IMG/VR virus record: IMGVR_UViG_3300025875_000090
Location: 1-24,750 of that record
Strand: one strand, 5' to 3'
Source of the DNA: a virus
Lineage: Duplodnaviria; Caudoviricetes
Length of the DNA: 24,750 bases
This document shows, piece after piece, positions 1 through 8,511 of this stretch (position 1 is the stretch's first letter; every line of letters begins with the position of its first letter). A program made the position numbers and the translations under genes. Under the pieces are notes generated by a model, which worked only from the letters and a program-made list of their open reading frames with translations, ran no database searches and had not been told where the DNA came from.

Positions 1-153
1 AGCACGGCGAGCGCCACCGCCACGGCGACCGAGACCGCCACGGCCACCGAGCCCCAGCAACCCCCGGCGACACCCGACTGCCCGGACCCGCTCGACGTCC
101 TCTGCGAGCTCATCCCCCCGCTGATCGCGCCGTCCGACGTCGGGGCCCCGTGA
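1..153 (+). CDS. 3' end of a hypothetical protein with a Thr/Ala/Pro-rich tail (partial)
   Basis: Frame 1 is open from base 1 (STASATATATETATATEPQQPPATPDCPDPLDVLCELIPPL...) to TGA at 151-153. It has a GTGA overlap with the next start at 150. Confidence 0.6.
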   Translation, partial: STASATATATETATATEPQQPPATPDCPDPLDVLCELIPPLIAPSDVGAP

Positions 154-464
154 CCAGCCTCGGCACCCTCCTGGCCGGGGGGATCTTCGCCGCCGGCGCG
201 GCCTGCGTCATCGAGGGCTTCCTCCTGTTCGGCCGAGCCCGGGCGCTCTTCACCTACGCCCACCAGCTCCTCGACAGCGCCGCCGACCTCATCGCCCTGG
301 TGCCCGGCAAGTCGGCGACTCCCGACCAGCCACCGCCACCCGACCCCGCGGCCCCCTCGACGTCGGACCCCATCGCGGACGCGCTGGCCCGCTTCACCTT
401 CGACCCCGGCGGCCGCCACCCCGCCGAGCAACCCGACCACCCCGACCCCGGAGGAGACGACTGA
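150..464 (+). CDS. small membrane-anchored hypothetical phage protein
   Basis: Hydrophobic N-terminal stretch (LGTLLAGGIFAAGAACVIEGFLLF). Translationally coupled on both sides (GTGA and TGATG). Confidence 0.65.
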   Translation: MTSLGTLLAGGIFAAGAACVIEGFLLFGRARALFTYAHQLLDSAADLIALVPGKSATPDQPPPPDPAAPSTSDPIADALARFTFDPGGRHPAEQPDHPDPGGDD

Positions 465-622
465 TGGCCGACGTGAGCGACGACCGCTGGACCTGCCCCG
501 ACTGCGAGCGCACCACCGTCGTCCGCGGATCCGACCCCGACATCCGGGCCGCCCTGGACGCCGTCCGCGAACGGCACCGCACCGGCCATCCCAACCCAAC
601 CCGGCACCGCACACGCCGCTGA
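464..622 (+). CDS. 52-aa putative zinc-finger protein (CxxC...HxxxH), absent from the ORF track
   Basis: ATG at 464 overlaps the upstream TGA and follows GGAGGAG. Translation: MADVSDDRWTCPDCERTTVVRGSDPDIRAALDAVRERHRTGHPNPTRHRTRR. Confidence 0.65.
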   Translation: MADVSDDRWTCPDCERTTVVRGSDPDIRAALDAVRERHRTGHPNPTRHRTRR

Positions 623-629
623 CCCGGCC

Positions 630-1781
630 ATGCGGAACCTCATCACCAACCTCCGCGACCTCGCGCACGTCGCCGTCGACGAGCTGGTCGCCCACCTCCC
701 CGGAGCGCACCCACACGTGACCACAGACGAGCCGACCACCCGCCTCTGCGTCATCACCGGCCGGCCGCACCGCGCCACCGACGGCCTCCTCTGCCGCCAC
801 CACCTCGAAGAGCTCGGCACCTGGCTGCACGACATCGAAGACGAGGCCGACCGCCTGTCCTGGCGAGCGGCCGAGCCCGACGCCTGGGCAGCCCTGCCCT
901 CCATGTCTATCCGCTGGGACAGCACCGGCGGCGGCTCCCTGGCCTCCCAGCAGTCCCCCGTCGTCCTCGACGCCCTCGTGCACACCGACCCCCGATCCAG
1001 CGCCCACGGCTGGCAGCACGACGGCCCGGTCTGCGCCGCCTGTCAGCACGTGTCCTGCGCGTGGATCCGCGCCGACGCCGACGAACACGACGCCCAGGCC
1101 GAGCGACCCCTGTACGTCCTCGGCGTGCTCCAGGACCTGGCCGACCGCGTCCGCGAGGAACGCCAGCTTCGACGGCCCGACGTGCACGTCATCGCCCGCG
1201 TCCCGGCCGGCGCCCGCGGCCCGTTCGTCGCCGACGCCGCTGGCGTCATCGGCGTCGACCACGTGCACCCGCAGCAGGCGACGGTGCGCACCGAGCGGCA
1301 GCTGCTCACCCGCAACCTCGACTGGATCGCCTCCCAGCCCTGGGTCGCCGCCATGCGCGAGGAGCTCCGCGACCTCCGCACCCAGCTGCAGCGCCTCAAC
1401 CGCAACGAGGACGACCGCCCGCTCACTGGCTGGTGCTACAAGGCGATCGACGACCAGGGCACCGAGTGCGGCGGCCAGCTGTGGCCGCTCTACGTCGAGC
1501 ACACCTCGAGCGACGACGAGCAGGACGACGGCCCGCTCCGGCCGCGCGAGGTCGTCTGTGACCGCAACCCCGCCCACCGCTGGACCGGGGGCCGGGGCGG
1601 GGACCTGGCCAGGCTGTCCCTGATCCTCGCCGCCCAGCAGCGTGAGGAAGACGCCCGGGCCGCCGTCGCCGCACCGGTCCAGGCCGCACCGCCGGCGCCC
1701 GCCGTCCCGGCCAGCACCAACCGGGGCGCCGCCCGAGGGTTCGCCGCGCTGTTGGAAGCGCGACACCTCGGCCAGGGGTGA
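630..1781 (+). CDS. Cys/His-rich phage protein, putative late-gene transcriptional regulator
   Basis: 383 aa with GC3-biased codons and several Cys/His clusters (LCRHH, CAACQHVSC, GWC...ECGGQL...VVC...H). Sits just before the HTH/HNH/terminase block. Function is inferred from position. Confidence 0.6.
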   Translation: MRNLITNLRDLAHVAVDELVAHLPGAHPHVTTDEPTTRLCVITGRPHRATDGLLCRHHLEELGTWLHDIEDEADRLSWRAAEPDAWAALPSMSIRWDSTGGGSLASQQSPVVLDALVHTDPRSSAHGWQHDGPVCAACQHVSCAWIRADADEHDAQAERPLYVLGVLQDLADRVREERQLRRPDVHVIARVPAGARGPFVADAAGVIGVDHVHPQQATVRTERQLLTRNLDWIASQPWVAAMREELRDLRTQLQRLNRNEDDRPLTGWCYKAIDDQGTECGGQLWPLYVEHTSSDDEQDDGPLRPREVVCDRNPAHRWTGGRGGDLARLSLILAAQQREEDARAAVAAPVQAAPPAPAVPASTNRGAARGFAALLEARHLGQG

Positions 1782-1802
1782 GGCCCCGTCAGCCCCCGGT
1801 CG

Positions 1803-2234
1803 TCACCGCGCTTCGAGGGCGGCGAACGACCAGGCCGCCACCTCGCTGATGCGCACCCGGAAGAAGAGACCGCCCCCGCTGCTGGCGCCGGCCTCGATCA
1901 GCCTGGCGTCGGCCAGGTGCAGGAAGCCGAAGCGCTCCAGGTCTTCCGGTACCTCTGCGGGGTCTTCTCGTTCGATGTCGGCGAACCCCTGCAGGAACTG
2001 CTTACCCGCTCCGTCCGGCGAACGCTCCGCCTGCATCTCGTACCAGCGGAGCCGCGGCACGAGCAGCCCGCTCATCGTGGCGCCGCCGGCCACGACGGTG
2101 AGGCTCAAGGTCATGTGCCCCTTGGCGACGCTGCGCGCAAGTGCCTGCAGCATGTAGTCGCGCTCGATGATGCGCTCGTCGCGCGGTCGCTCGGCGTCCT
2201 CGGGGGCTGGCGCAGGCTCTGTGTTCTCGGTCAC
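1803..2234 (-). CDS. GvpU-like (gas vesicle accessory protein U family) moron protein
   Basis: Motifs DYMLQAL...LSLTVVAGGATMSGLLV...FLHLADAR...FFRVRISEVAAWSF match my recollection of the GvpU family pattern. Start placed at GTG 2234 because TAGGGT lies 7 nt upstream; the track start is 2237. Confidence 0.65.
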   Translation of the reverse strand: MTENTEPAPAPEDAERPRDERIIERDYMLQALARSVAKGHMTLSLTVVAGGATMSGLLVPRLRWYEMQAERSPDGAGKQFLQGFADIEREDPAEVPEDLERFGFLHLADARLIEAGASSGGGLFFRVRISEVAAWSFAALEAR

Positions 2235-2241
2235 CACTCGG

Positions 2242-2247
2242 ACCCTA
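2242..2247 (-). promoter_or_regulatory. -10 element (TAGGGT) of a leaderless antisense promoter
   Basis: TAnnnT hexamer 7 nt upstream of GTG 2234, with no Shine-Dalgarno sequence in between. Confidence 0.55.
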
Positions 2248-2326
2248 GCGCTCTCCCAAGGCCGGTACCTGGCGCGACTGCAGCGGTAGCGTCCGAACCC
2301 GTGAGCGCCGCACCGAGGACGACCAG

Positions 2327-2521
2327 GTGAGCGCGTACACCTCCGCTCAGATCCGCGACGTGCTCGGCATCCCGGCCAGCACGTTGCGCGGCTGGGTGCA
2401 CCGCGGCCACATCCGCAAGGTCGGCCGCGACCTCTACGACGGCGACAGCGTCATCGCGCGCTGGCGCCAGGCAGAAGCCGCGACCGACCGGCCGGACCTG
2501 GTGAACACCCGCCTGGGGTGA
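2327..2521 (+). CDS. MerR/HTH_17-like helix-turn-helix DNA-binding protein
   Basis: YTSAQIRDVLGIPASTLRGWVHRGHI is a typical MerR/excisionase-type HTH. GAGGA RBS upstream. Confidence 0.75.
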   Translation: MSAYTSAQIRDVLGIPASTLRGWVHRGHIRKVGRDLYDGDSVIARWRQAEAATDRPDLVNTRLG

Positions 2522-2673
2522 GATTCTGGGAGGGGCGGGACCGGGGGCGATTGCAGCGAGCGCGCCGCAGCGCGCATGCGGATCGACCCCTCGACCGCCG
2601 TCCACTCCGAGCCGACCGATGACCGGCGCCCGAAGTTCTGACGTGAGCTTCCACGCTCCACCCAGGCTGAGCG

Positions 2674-2703
2674 TTGCGGACCGCCTAGATCCGGTGTAAC
2701 ACT
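2674..2703 (+). promoter_or_regulatory. candidate late-operon promoter (TTGCGG-N18-AACACT)
   Basis: -35-like and -10-like hexamers in the 260-bp gap ahead of the late operon. Overlapped by one arm of an 8-bp inverted repeat. Confidence 0.35.
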
Positions 2704-2781
2704 TCTGGCACGCGACGCATACCCGGACACCGGAGCCGCGTCCCGCCCCCACCGCACACGCGTGGAGAGGGGGCGACGAGC

Positions 2782-3084
2782 ATGACCGACCGCGCGCCTC
2801 GCCCGTCGATCTTCCAGATCGGCATGGTGCTCGACATGGGCGACGTCATCGTCATCCGCGGCTGGGGCCTCGGATGGTGCGCCGCACACTGCGACTGCCA
2901 CCTCGACCCCGACACCGGCCAGCTCGCCCTCGCCGACGCCCCCGGGTACGGCCGCCTCGGACTCATCAGCCACCAGCCCGACTGCACCTGCTGCCAGCCC
3001 TGGACCCACCACGAGCTCGCCGCCATCCTCCGCGACCTCGCCCAGGTGCGCGTCACCGCAGACCCCCGGCGCCTCGCCAGCTGA
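2782..3084 (+). CDS. Cys/His-rich hypothetical protein
   Basis: GGAGAGGGGG RBS, GC3-biased codons, motifs CAAHCDCH and HQPDCTCC. Confidence 0.6.
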   Translation: MTDRAPRPSIFQIGMVLDMGDVIVIRGWGLGWCAAHCDCHLDPDTGQLALADAPGYGRLGLISHQPDCTCCQPWTHHELAAILRDLAQVRVTADPRRLAS

Positions 3085-3090
3085 CCCCCG

Positions 3091-3435
3091 GTGCCCACCC
3101 GGCCCAACTCCCGCTGCCCCGACTGCAAGACCCTCCACCCCGGCACCGGCCGGTGCCCCACCTGCGCACGCGCAGCCAACCGAGCACGAGGATCAGCCAC
3201 CCGTCGTGGCTACGGCTCCGAGCACAGGCGCCTCCGCGAGGAGTGGCAGCCCTACGTCGAGGCCGGCTACGTCGACTGCGCCGCACCGCGCTGCCTGCAG
3301 CCGAGCCGCCGCATCCAGCCCGGCCAGGCATGGGACCTCGACCACGACGACGAGCGCACCGGCTACCGCGGACCAGCACACGAGGGCTGCAACCGCAGCA
3401 CAAGCGGCAGACGAACGACGACACGAGACGCGTGA
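3091..3435 (+). CDS. HNH endonuclease (terminase-associated type)
   Basis: CxxC pairs, RGSATRRGYG, and WDLDH...GPAHEGCN. Lies immediately upstream of the terminase genes. Confidence 0.85.
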   Translation: MPTRPNSRCPDCKTLHPGTGRCPTCARAANRARGSATRRGYGSEHRRLREEWQPYVEAGYVDCAAPRCLQPSRRIQPGQAWDLDHDDERTGYRGPAHEGCNRSTSGRRTTTRDA

Positions 3436-3439
3436 CGCA

Positions 3440-3610
3440 CGCGTCCGACACTGCGCGCAGATAGTGCTTCTCACTAGGTTGATCTTGACGAGCACGTAGC
3501 GGAGGGGATGGGGGGGACCCCTCCCCCGTGGGGCCCACCCCCGGGACCGGCAGTTCTGCGCGCACGCACCGTCTCAACCCTGCGACCAGGGGGTCTCCCC
3601 TTCGAGAGGA
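3440..3610. other. probable cos/packaging-initiation region
   Basis: Non-coding gap between HNH and terS with G/C runs. Contains an imperfect inverted pair (GGGGGGACCCCT ~3511 and AGGGGGTCTCCCC ~3588) and repeated CTGCGCGCA (3451, 3556). This is the usual cos position in HNH + P27-terS phages. Confidence 0.5.
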
Positions 3611-3617
3611 GCTGGCG

Positions 3618-3725
3618 ATGCCCTGGCCCTGGCTGCAGGAGCTCGTCGACCCGGACCGCTGGCGGCTCGTGCCGAACCGAGCCGATCGTCGGCGCGCTGC
3701 CCGTCGGCAGAACCGCTCACGCTGA
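3618..3725 (+). CDS. 35-aa Arg-rich peptide
   Basis: GAGGAG RBS. Translation MPWPWLQELVDPDRWRLVPNRADRRRAARRQNRSR. TGATG coupling to terS. Confidence 0.55.
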   Translation: MPWPWLQELVDPDRWRLVPNRADRRRAARRQNRSR

Positions 3726-4189
3726 TGCCCGCACAGCTCCCCGCGCCGCTGCAGCTGCTGCACGGCCGCGGTGAGGGCGTCGACTCCGGTGGCCGCGAGG
3801 TCAAGACGCCGCCGTCGTTCCGTCGGATCGCGCCGAAGCCGCCAACGTGGCTGTCGAAGGAGGCCGCGGCGGAGTGGCGCCGGGTCGTCCCGGGCCTGAC
3901 CCGGCTGGACCTCCTCAAGCCGGAGGACCGGGCGACGTTGACGGCCTACTGCGAGACGTGGGCGACGTTCGTCGAGGCCACCCGCCAGGTCCGTAGGGAC
4001 GGCCTGACGATCGACGCGAAGCAGGGCACCCTCGCTCACCCTGCTGTCGGGATCGCGCGCAACGCCGGCCGCGAGCTCCGCGCCTTCGCCAACCTCTTCG
4101 GGCTGTCGCCGGCGTCGGAGATGGCGCTGGGGAAGGTGACCGGTGGCGAGGAGGACGACAACCCGTACGCCGGTTCGCCGGCCGACTGA
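3725..4189 (+). CDS. terS: terminase small subunit, P27 family
   Basis: PPTWLSKEAAAEWRRV...L..YC..W...HPAV...FGLSPAS signature. Directly precedes terL. Confidence 0.93.
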   Translation: MPAQLPAPLQLLHGRGEGVDSGGREVKTPPSFRRIAPKPPTWLSKEAAAEWRRVVPGLTRLDLLKPEDRATLTAYCETWATFVEATRQVRRDGLTIDAKQGTLAHPAVGIARNAGRELRAFANLFGLSPASEMALGKVTGGEEDDNPYAGSPAD

Positions 4190-5900
4190 CGACGTAGAGC
4201 TCCCCCCGCCGGAGGAGCTCGAGCAGCTCAAGCTCTCCCCCGAGGTCGCCTGGTACCTGATCTCGCGCGGGATCCCGCTGCCGGACTGCCCGCCGCTGAT
4301 CAAGACGCCGGAGCCCGGCCAGCTGGGCATGTCCGGGGTGCGCTTCGACCCGGTCCGCGTCGACCGGGTGCTCAAGTCGTTCTCGAAGCTGCGGCACACG
4401 AAGGGCAAGTGGGCCGGGCAGCCGCTGAAGCCGGACCCGTGGCAGGTCGCCTACATCCTGGCGCCGGTCTTCGGCTGGGTCCGCTTCGACGAGGACGCCG
4501 GCCGGTGGGTCCGGGTCATCCGCGAGCTCTACGTCGACATCCCGCGCAAGAACGGGAAGTCGACGCTGCTGGGCGGCATCGCGCTGTACATGACCGCCGC
4601 GGACGGCGAGCAGGGCGCTGAGGTCATCGCCGCGGCGACGACGACCGACCAGGCCAACTTCGTGTTCGCCCCGGTCAAGGCGCTGGTCAACAACGCCCCG
4701 GCGCTGAAGCCGTACCTGAAGGCGTACGCGCGGAAGATCGTCCACTCCGCGTCGGCTAGCTACTTCCAGGTGATCTCGTCGGTCGCTGACGCGCAGCACG
4801 GCGCGAACATCCACGGCGCGGTCATCGACGAGCTGCACATCCACAAGTCCCCGGACCTGGTCGACACCCTGGAGACCGGCACCGGCTCCCGCGACCAGCC
4901 GCTCATCGCGGCGATCACGACCGCGGACGAGGGCAAGCCGAACACGATCTACGCCCGGAAGCGGAAGCGGATCGAGCAGCTCGCCGACCGGGTCATCGTC
5001 GACGCCACGACCTACGGCGTCGTCTTCGCCGCGGCTGCCGAGGACGACGAGTTCGCCGAAGAGACGTGGCGGAAGGCCAACCCCGGGTTCGGGATCTCCC
5101 CGACGCGGGCGTACCTGGCCAAGGAGGCGTCGAAGGCGCAGGACTCGCCGGCGGACCTGGCGAAGTTCCAGCGCCTGCACCTCGGCATCCGCACGAAGCA
5201 GACGACCCGGTACATCCAGCTCGGCGACTGGGACAGCACCGCCGGGATCGTGGACGAGATGAAGCTGGCCGGCCGGGCGTGCCACGGCGGCCTAGACCTG
5301 TCCTCGGTCTCCGACATCACCGCGCTCTGCTGGGACTTCACCGGCGAGGACGACCGGCACGAGGTCATCTGGCGCTTCTGGGTGCCCGAGGCCAAGGTCC
5401 GGGACCTCGACAACCGGACCGCGAAGAACGCGTCGGTGTGGGTGAAGAACGGCTGGCTGAAGACCACTCCGGGCAACGTGATCGGCAACGACTTCATCGT
5501 CGACACGATCATCAAGGACGCCGACCGCTTCGACGTCCAGACGATCGGCTACGACCGGTGGGGCACCAGCGACGTCGTCCGCCGGCTCACCGACGAGGGC
5601 ATCACCTGCGTGCCGATCGGCCAGGGCTACGGCTCGGTGTCGGCGCCGCTGAAGGAGCTGCAGCGCCTGGTCCTGTCGCAGCGCTACCAGCACGGCGGGA
5701 ACCCGGTGATGCGCTGGATGGTCGACAACCTCGCCGTCCGGATGGACCCCGCCGGGAACGTGAAGCCGGACAAGGAGCTCGCCGCCGACAAGATCGACGG
5801 CGTCGCTGCGGCGGTCAACGCGCTCAAGGAGTGCATGGACGCCGAGCCGATCGCCCCCTCCAAGTACGCCGGCTGGCAGATGCCGCAGAAGATCCGATGA
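4143..5900 (+). CDS. terL: terminase large subunit
   Basis: Walker A IPRKNGKST, Walker B AVIDELH, nuclease motifs GGLDLS and KIDGVAA. Confidence 0.97.
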   Translation: MARRTTTRTPVRRPTDDVELPPPEELEQLKLSPEVAWYLISRGIPLPDCPPLIKTPEPGQLGMSGVRFDPVRVDRVLKSFSKLRHTKGKWAGQPLKPDPWQVAYILAPVFGWVRFDEDAGRWVRVIRELYVDIPRKNGKSTLLGGIALYMTAADGEQGAEVIAAATTTDQANFVFAPVKALVNNAPALKPYLKAYARKIVHSASASYFQVISSVADAQHGANIHGAVIDELHIHKSPDLVDTLETGTGSRDQPLIAAITTADEGKPNTIYARKRKRIEQLADRVIVDATTYGVVFAAAAEDDEFAEETWRKANPGFGISPTRAYLAKEASKAQDSPADLAKFQRLHLGIRTKQTTRYIQLGDWDSTAGIVDEMKLAGRACHGGLDLSSVSDITALCWDFTGEDDRHEVIWRFWVPEAKVRDLDNRTAKNASVWVKNGWLKTTPGNVIGNDFIVDTIIKDADRFDVQTIGYDRWGTSDVVRRLTDEGITCVPIGQGYGSVSAPLKELQRLVLSQRYQHGGNPVMRWMVDNLAVRMDPAGNVKPDKELAADKIDGVAAAVNALKECMDAEPIAPSKYAGWQMPQKIR

Positions 5901-5913
5901 GGGGAGGCCGCTG

Positions 5914-7431
5914 ATGGCGCTCGATGACGTCCAGCGGAAGGGCTCCCCCGGCTGGTGGTTCAAGAAGCTCTCGCGGCAGCAGGCCGAGCGCGCTGGGCGG
6001 CTGCAGAAGCTGAAGAAGCGCTACGACTCCGACCCGCCCCTGCCCGAGGGCGCGGAGAAGGCCAAGGAGGCCTACGCGGCGTTCCAGAAGCTCGCCCGGA
6101 CCAACTACGAGGAGCTCATCGCACGGGCCGTGCTGGATCGGCAGACCACGGTGGGCTTCCGCACCGCGGCGGACAGCGACGCGGGCGGTGATGCGGCGGC
6201 CGCGGCGCTGTGGTCCGCGAACCGCATGGCCATCCAGGCGCCGGAGATCCTCGAGCACAAGCTGTCCATGTCGGCCGGCTACGCGATCGTCGCACCGCCG
6301 GACCAGCACTCCGACGGGCAGGCGGTCATCACCGCTGAGGACCCGCGGAACTGCATCACCGCCAACGACCCGGTCCGGCCCTGGCTCGTGCGCGCTGGCC
6401 TGAAGACGTACTGGGATCCCGACGAGGAGCGCGACTTCGCCTACGTCTATCTGCCCGGCGTGAACGGCGGCCCGGCGACGGTGCACAAGGCGTCGAAGAA
6501 GGGCAAGTCGACGTCGCTGATTCCCGGCAGGCCGCTGGCCCCCTCGGCTTGGACCTGGGACGACACCGTCGTCAAGCTGCCGACGTCGCGGCCTCCCATC
6601 GTGCACGTGCCGAACCGGGGTGGGCTGGCCGAGTTCGAGAAGCACATCGACCTGATCGACCGGATCCGGCACGGCATCCTGCAGCGGATGGTCCTGGTCG
6701 TCATGCAGGCCTTCCGTCAGCGGGCGCTCAAGAACATGCCCTCGCACTACCCGGACGACTGGCCGGTCCGGGAGATGCGCGGGAAGCCGATCGACTACTC
6801 CGGCCTCAACGACGTGTTCGTCGCGGACCCTGCGTCGATGTGGCTGCTGCCGCCGATGGCCGAGCTGTGGGAGTCCACCCCGGCAGAGCTCACCGGCATC
6901 CTGTCGGCCACCAAGGACGACGTCCGGGAGCTGTCGACGGTCTCGCAGTCGCCCTTCTACATGTTCGTCCCGGACGGGGCGAACCAGACCGCAGCCGGGG
7001 CGACGCTGCAGCGCGAGGGCATCAACTTCAAGGTCGAGGACCACAACACCCGCGACGGCATCGCCTTCGCCCAGATGATGAGCCTCGCCTTCGAGATGAT
7101 GGGCGGCCCCGAGAACCTCCAGCGGGCCCGCTTCGGCGAGCTGCAGACGCTGTGGCGCCCGGTGGAGCGGTACAGCCTCGCGGAGAAGGCCGACGCGTCC
7201 AGCAAGGCCAAGGGGCTCTCGCCGCGGCGGCTGCTGACCGACATCTGGCAGCTGACCCCGGCCGAGGCCGACGCCGAGCTCAACGCGCAGCAGGCTGACG
7301 CCTTCCTCCAGCTGGCGCAGGCCGGCATGACCCGTCAGCAGGCGGTCGCACCGGCTGGACAGCCGCTACGCATCGGGCCGGCGGAGCGGACCGACCAGCC
7401 GGCACCGGCGGATGACCCAGCCACCAGCTGA
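5914..7431 (+). CDS. portal protein (SPP1 gp6-like, actinophage type)
   Basis: 505 aa directly after terL, with ARTNY...LW.AN...PN..GLAEFE.HIDLIDRI...QAFRQR motifs typical of actinophage portals. Confidence 0.9.
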   Translation: MALDDVQRKGSPGWWFKKLSRQQAERAGRLQKLKKRYDSDPPLPEGAEKAKEAYAAFQKLARTNYEELIARAVLDRQTTVGFRTAADSDAGGDAAAAALWSANRMAIQAPEILEHKLSMSAGYAIVAPPDQHSDGQAVITAEDPRNCITANDPVRPWLVRAGLKTYWDPDEERDFAYVYLPGVNGGPATVHKASKKGKSTSLIPGRPLAPSAWTWDDTVVKLPTSRPPIVHVPNRGGLAEFEKHIDLIDRIRHGILQRMVLVVMQAFRQRALKNMPSHYPDDWPVREMRGKPIDYSGLNDVFVADPASMWLLPPMAELWESTPAELTGILSATKDDVRELSTVSQSPFYMFVPDGANQTAAGATLQREGINFKVEDHNTRDGIAFAQMMSLAFEMMGGPENLQRARFGELQTLWRPVERYSLAEKADASSKAKGLSPRRLLTDIWQLTPAEADAELNAQQADAFLQLAQAGMTRQQAVAPAGQPLRIGPAERTDQPAPADDPATS

Positions 7432-8428
7432 CGCGGCGATCGCCACCCTGGCGACGCAGCAGGCCGCAGCCCAGGCCGCGGTCACCGGGCAGGCGCTGAC
7501 CATGCTCGAAGCGCTCTGGGGCGCTCTGCGGGACCCCGCCGCCACCGCCCAGCTGCCGACCTTCACGGTCCACGCCGCCTCGCTGCTGCGGTCCGCGCAG
7601 CTGGCCGCCGGGCAGATCACCGAGACGTTCCTCCGCCAGGTCCTGGCGCTGCTCGGCGTGGACGACCTCCCCAGCGGCCAGCTGGTGCAGCTCCCGACCT
7701 CGCTGCGGCAGGGCGTACCGATGGAGGACGTTCTGGTGAGGCCCGCCGCGACGGTCCGGTACCTGCGGTCGATCGACACCCCGCCCGACGTCGCGGAGGC
7801 CGCCGGCCGGGCCCGGCTGCTCAGTACCGCGCAGACCGACCTCGAGCTGGCCGTCCGGCAGGGCGCCGTCGACGTCTTCTCGCGGTCGAAGCGGGTCCGC
7901 GGCTACCGGCGGGTGCTCCGGCCGTACCTGTCCGAGGGCGGCTCGTGCGGGCTGTGCATCGTCGCCTCGGACCGCATCTACGGCCGCGCCGAGCTGATGC
8001 CGATCCACGCGAAGTGCAAGTGCTCGGTCCTGCCGATCGTCGGCCGTGAGGACCCGGGCATGCGGCTGAACACCGACGACCTCGCCGACCTGTACCGGGA
8101 CGCCGGTGGCACCGCGGCGGCGAAGCTGAAGCGCACCCGCTACCGGGTCGAGCAGCACGGCGAGCTGGGTCCGATCCTCGTCCGCCAGGGGCACAGCTTC
8201 CGCAGCGCCGACGACGCGGCCGACGACCTCAAGCGCCGCCGTGTCCGCCGCGCGAGCGAGCAGGCCGCCGGGCAGACCACCTCCTTGCGTCAGCAGCTGG
8301 CCGTCTACGAGGACACGATCCCCGACCTGGAGCGGCGGGCCCGGGCCGGCGAAGACGTGAGCGCACCTCTGGCCTGGCAGCGGGCGCGCGTCGCGGAGAT
8401 CCGTCGGCAGCTGTCCGCCGCCGCGTAG
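7412..8428 (+). CDS. MuF-like head morphogenesis / minor capsid protein
   Basis: GYRRVL...SCGLCIVAS...PIHAKCKCSVLP Cys/His motif. Located between portal and scaffold. Confidence 0.8.
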   Translation: MTQPPADAAIATLATQQAAAQAAVTGQALTMLEALWGALRDPAATAQLPTFTVHAASLLRSAQLAAGQITETFLRQVLALLGVDDLPSGQLVQLPTSLRQGVPMEDVLVRPAATVRYLRSIDTPPDVAEAAGRARLLSTAQTDLELAVRQGAVDVFSRSKRVRGYRRVLRPYLSEGGSCGLCIVASDRIYGRAELMPIHAKCKCSVLPIVGREDPGMRLNTDDLADLYRDAGGTAAAKLKRTRYRVEQHGELGPILVRQGHSFRSADDAADDLKRRRVRRASEQAAGQTTSLRQQLAVYEDTIPDLERRARAGEDVSAPLAWQRARVAEIRRQLSAAA

Positions 8429-8511
8429 CACCACCACCGAGCTGGTCCGGCCGTTCTGGCCCGGCCTGCGCCCACGAGGGCGCCCATCCCCCGATCTGGG
8501 AGACGCACCGC

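Noticed and set aside
1-50. GCCACG/GCCACC short repeats
   Set aside because: Thr-Ala low-complexity coding sequence.
2434-2680. Possible fourth antisense ORF or ncRNA in the gap after the HTH gene
   Set aside because: Candidate frames overlap the HTH gene, lack a -10 at the 7-nt spacing and have no protein-like composition. No recognisable RNA family fold.
3091-3435. HNH as a mobile homing endonuclease or intron
   Set aside because: Short, free-standing and located beside cos/terS, which fits a packaging cofactor. No interrupted gene.
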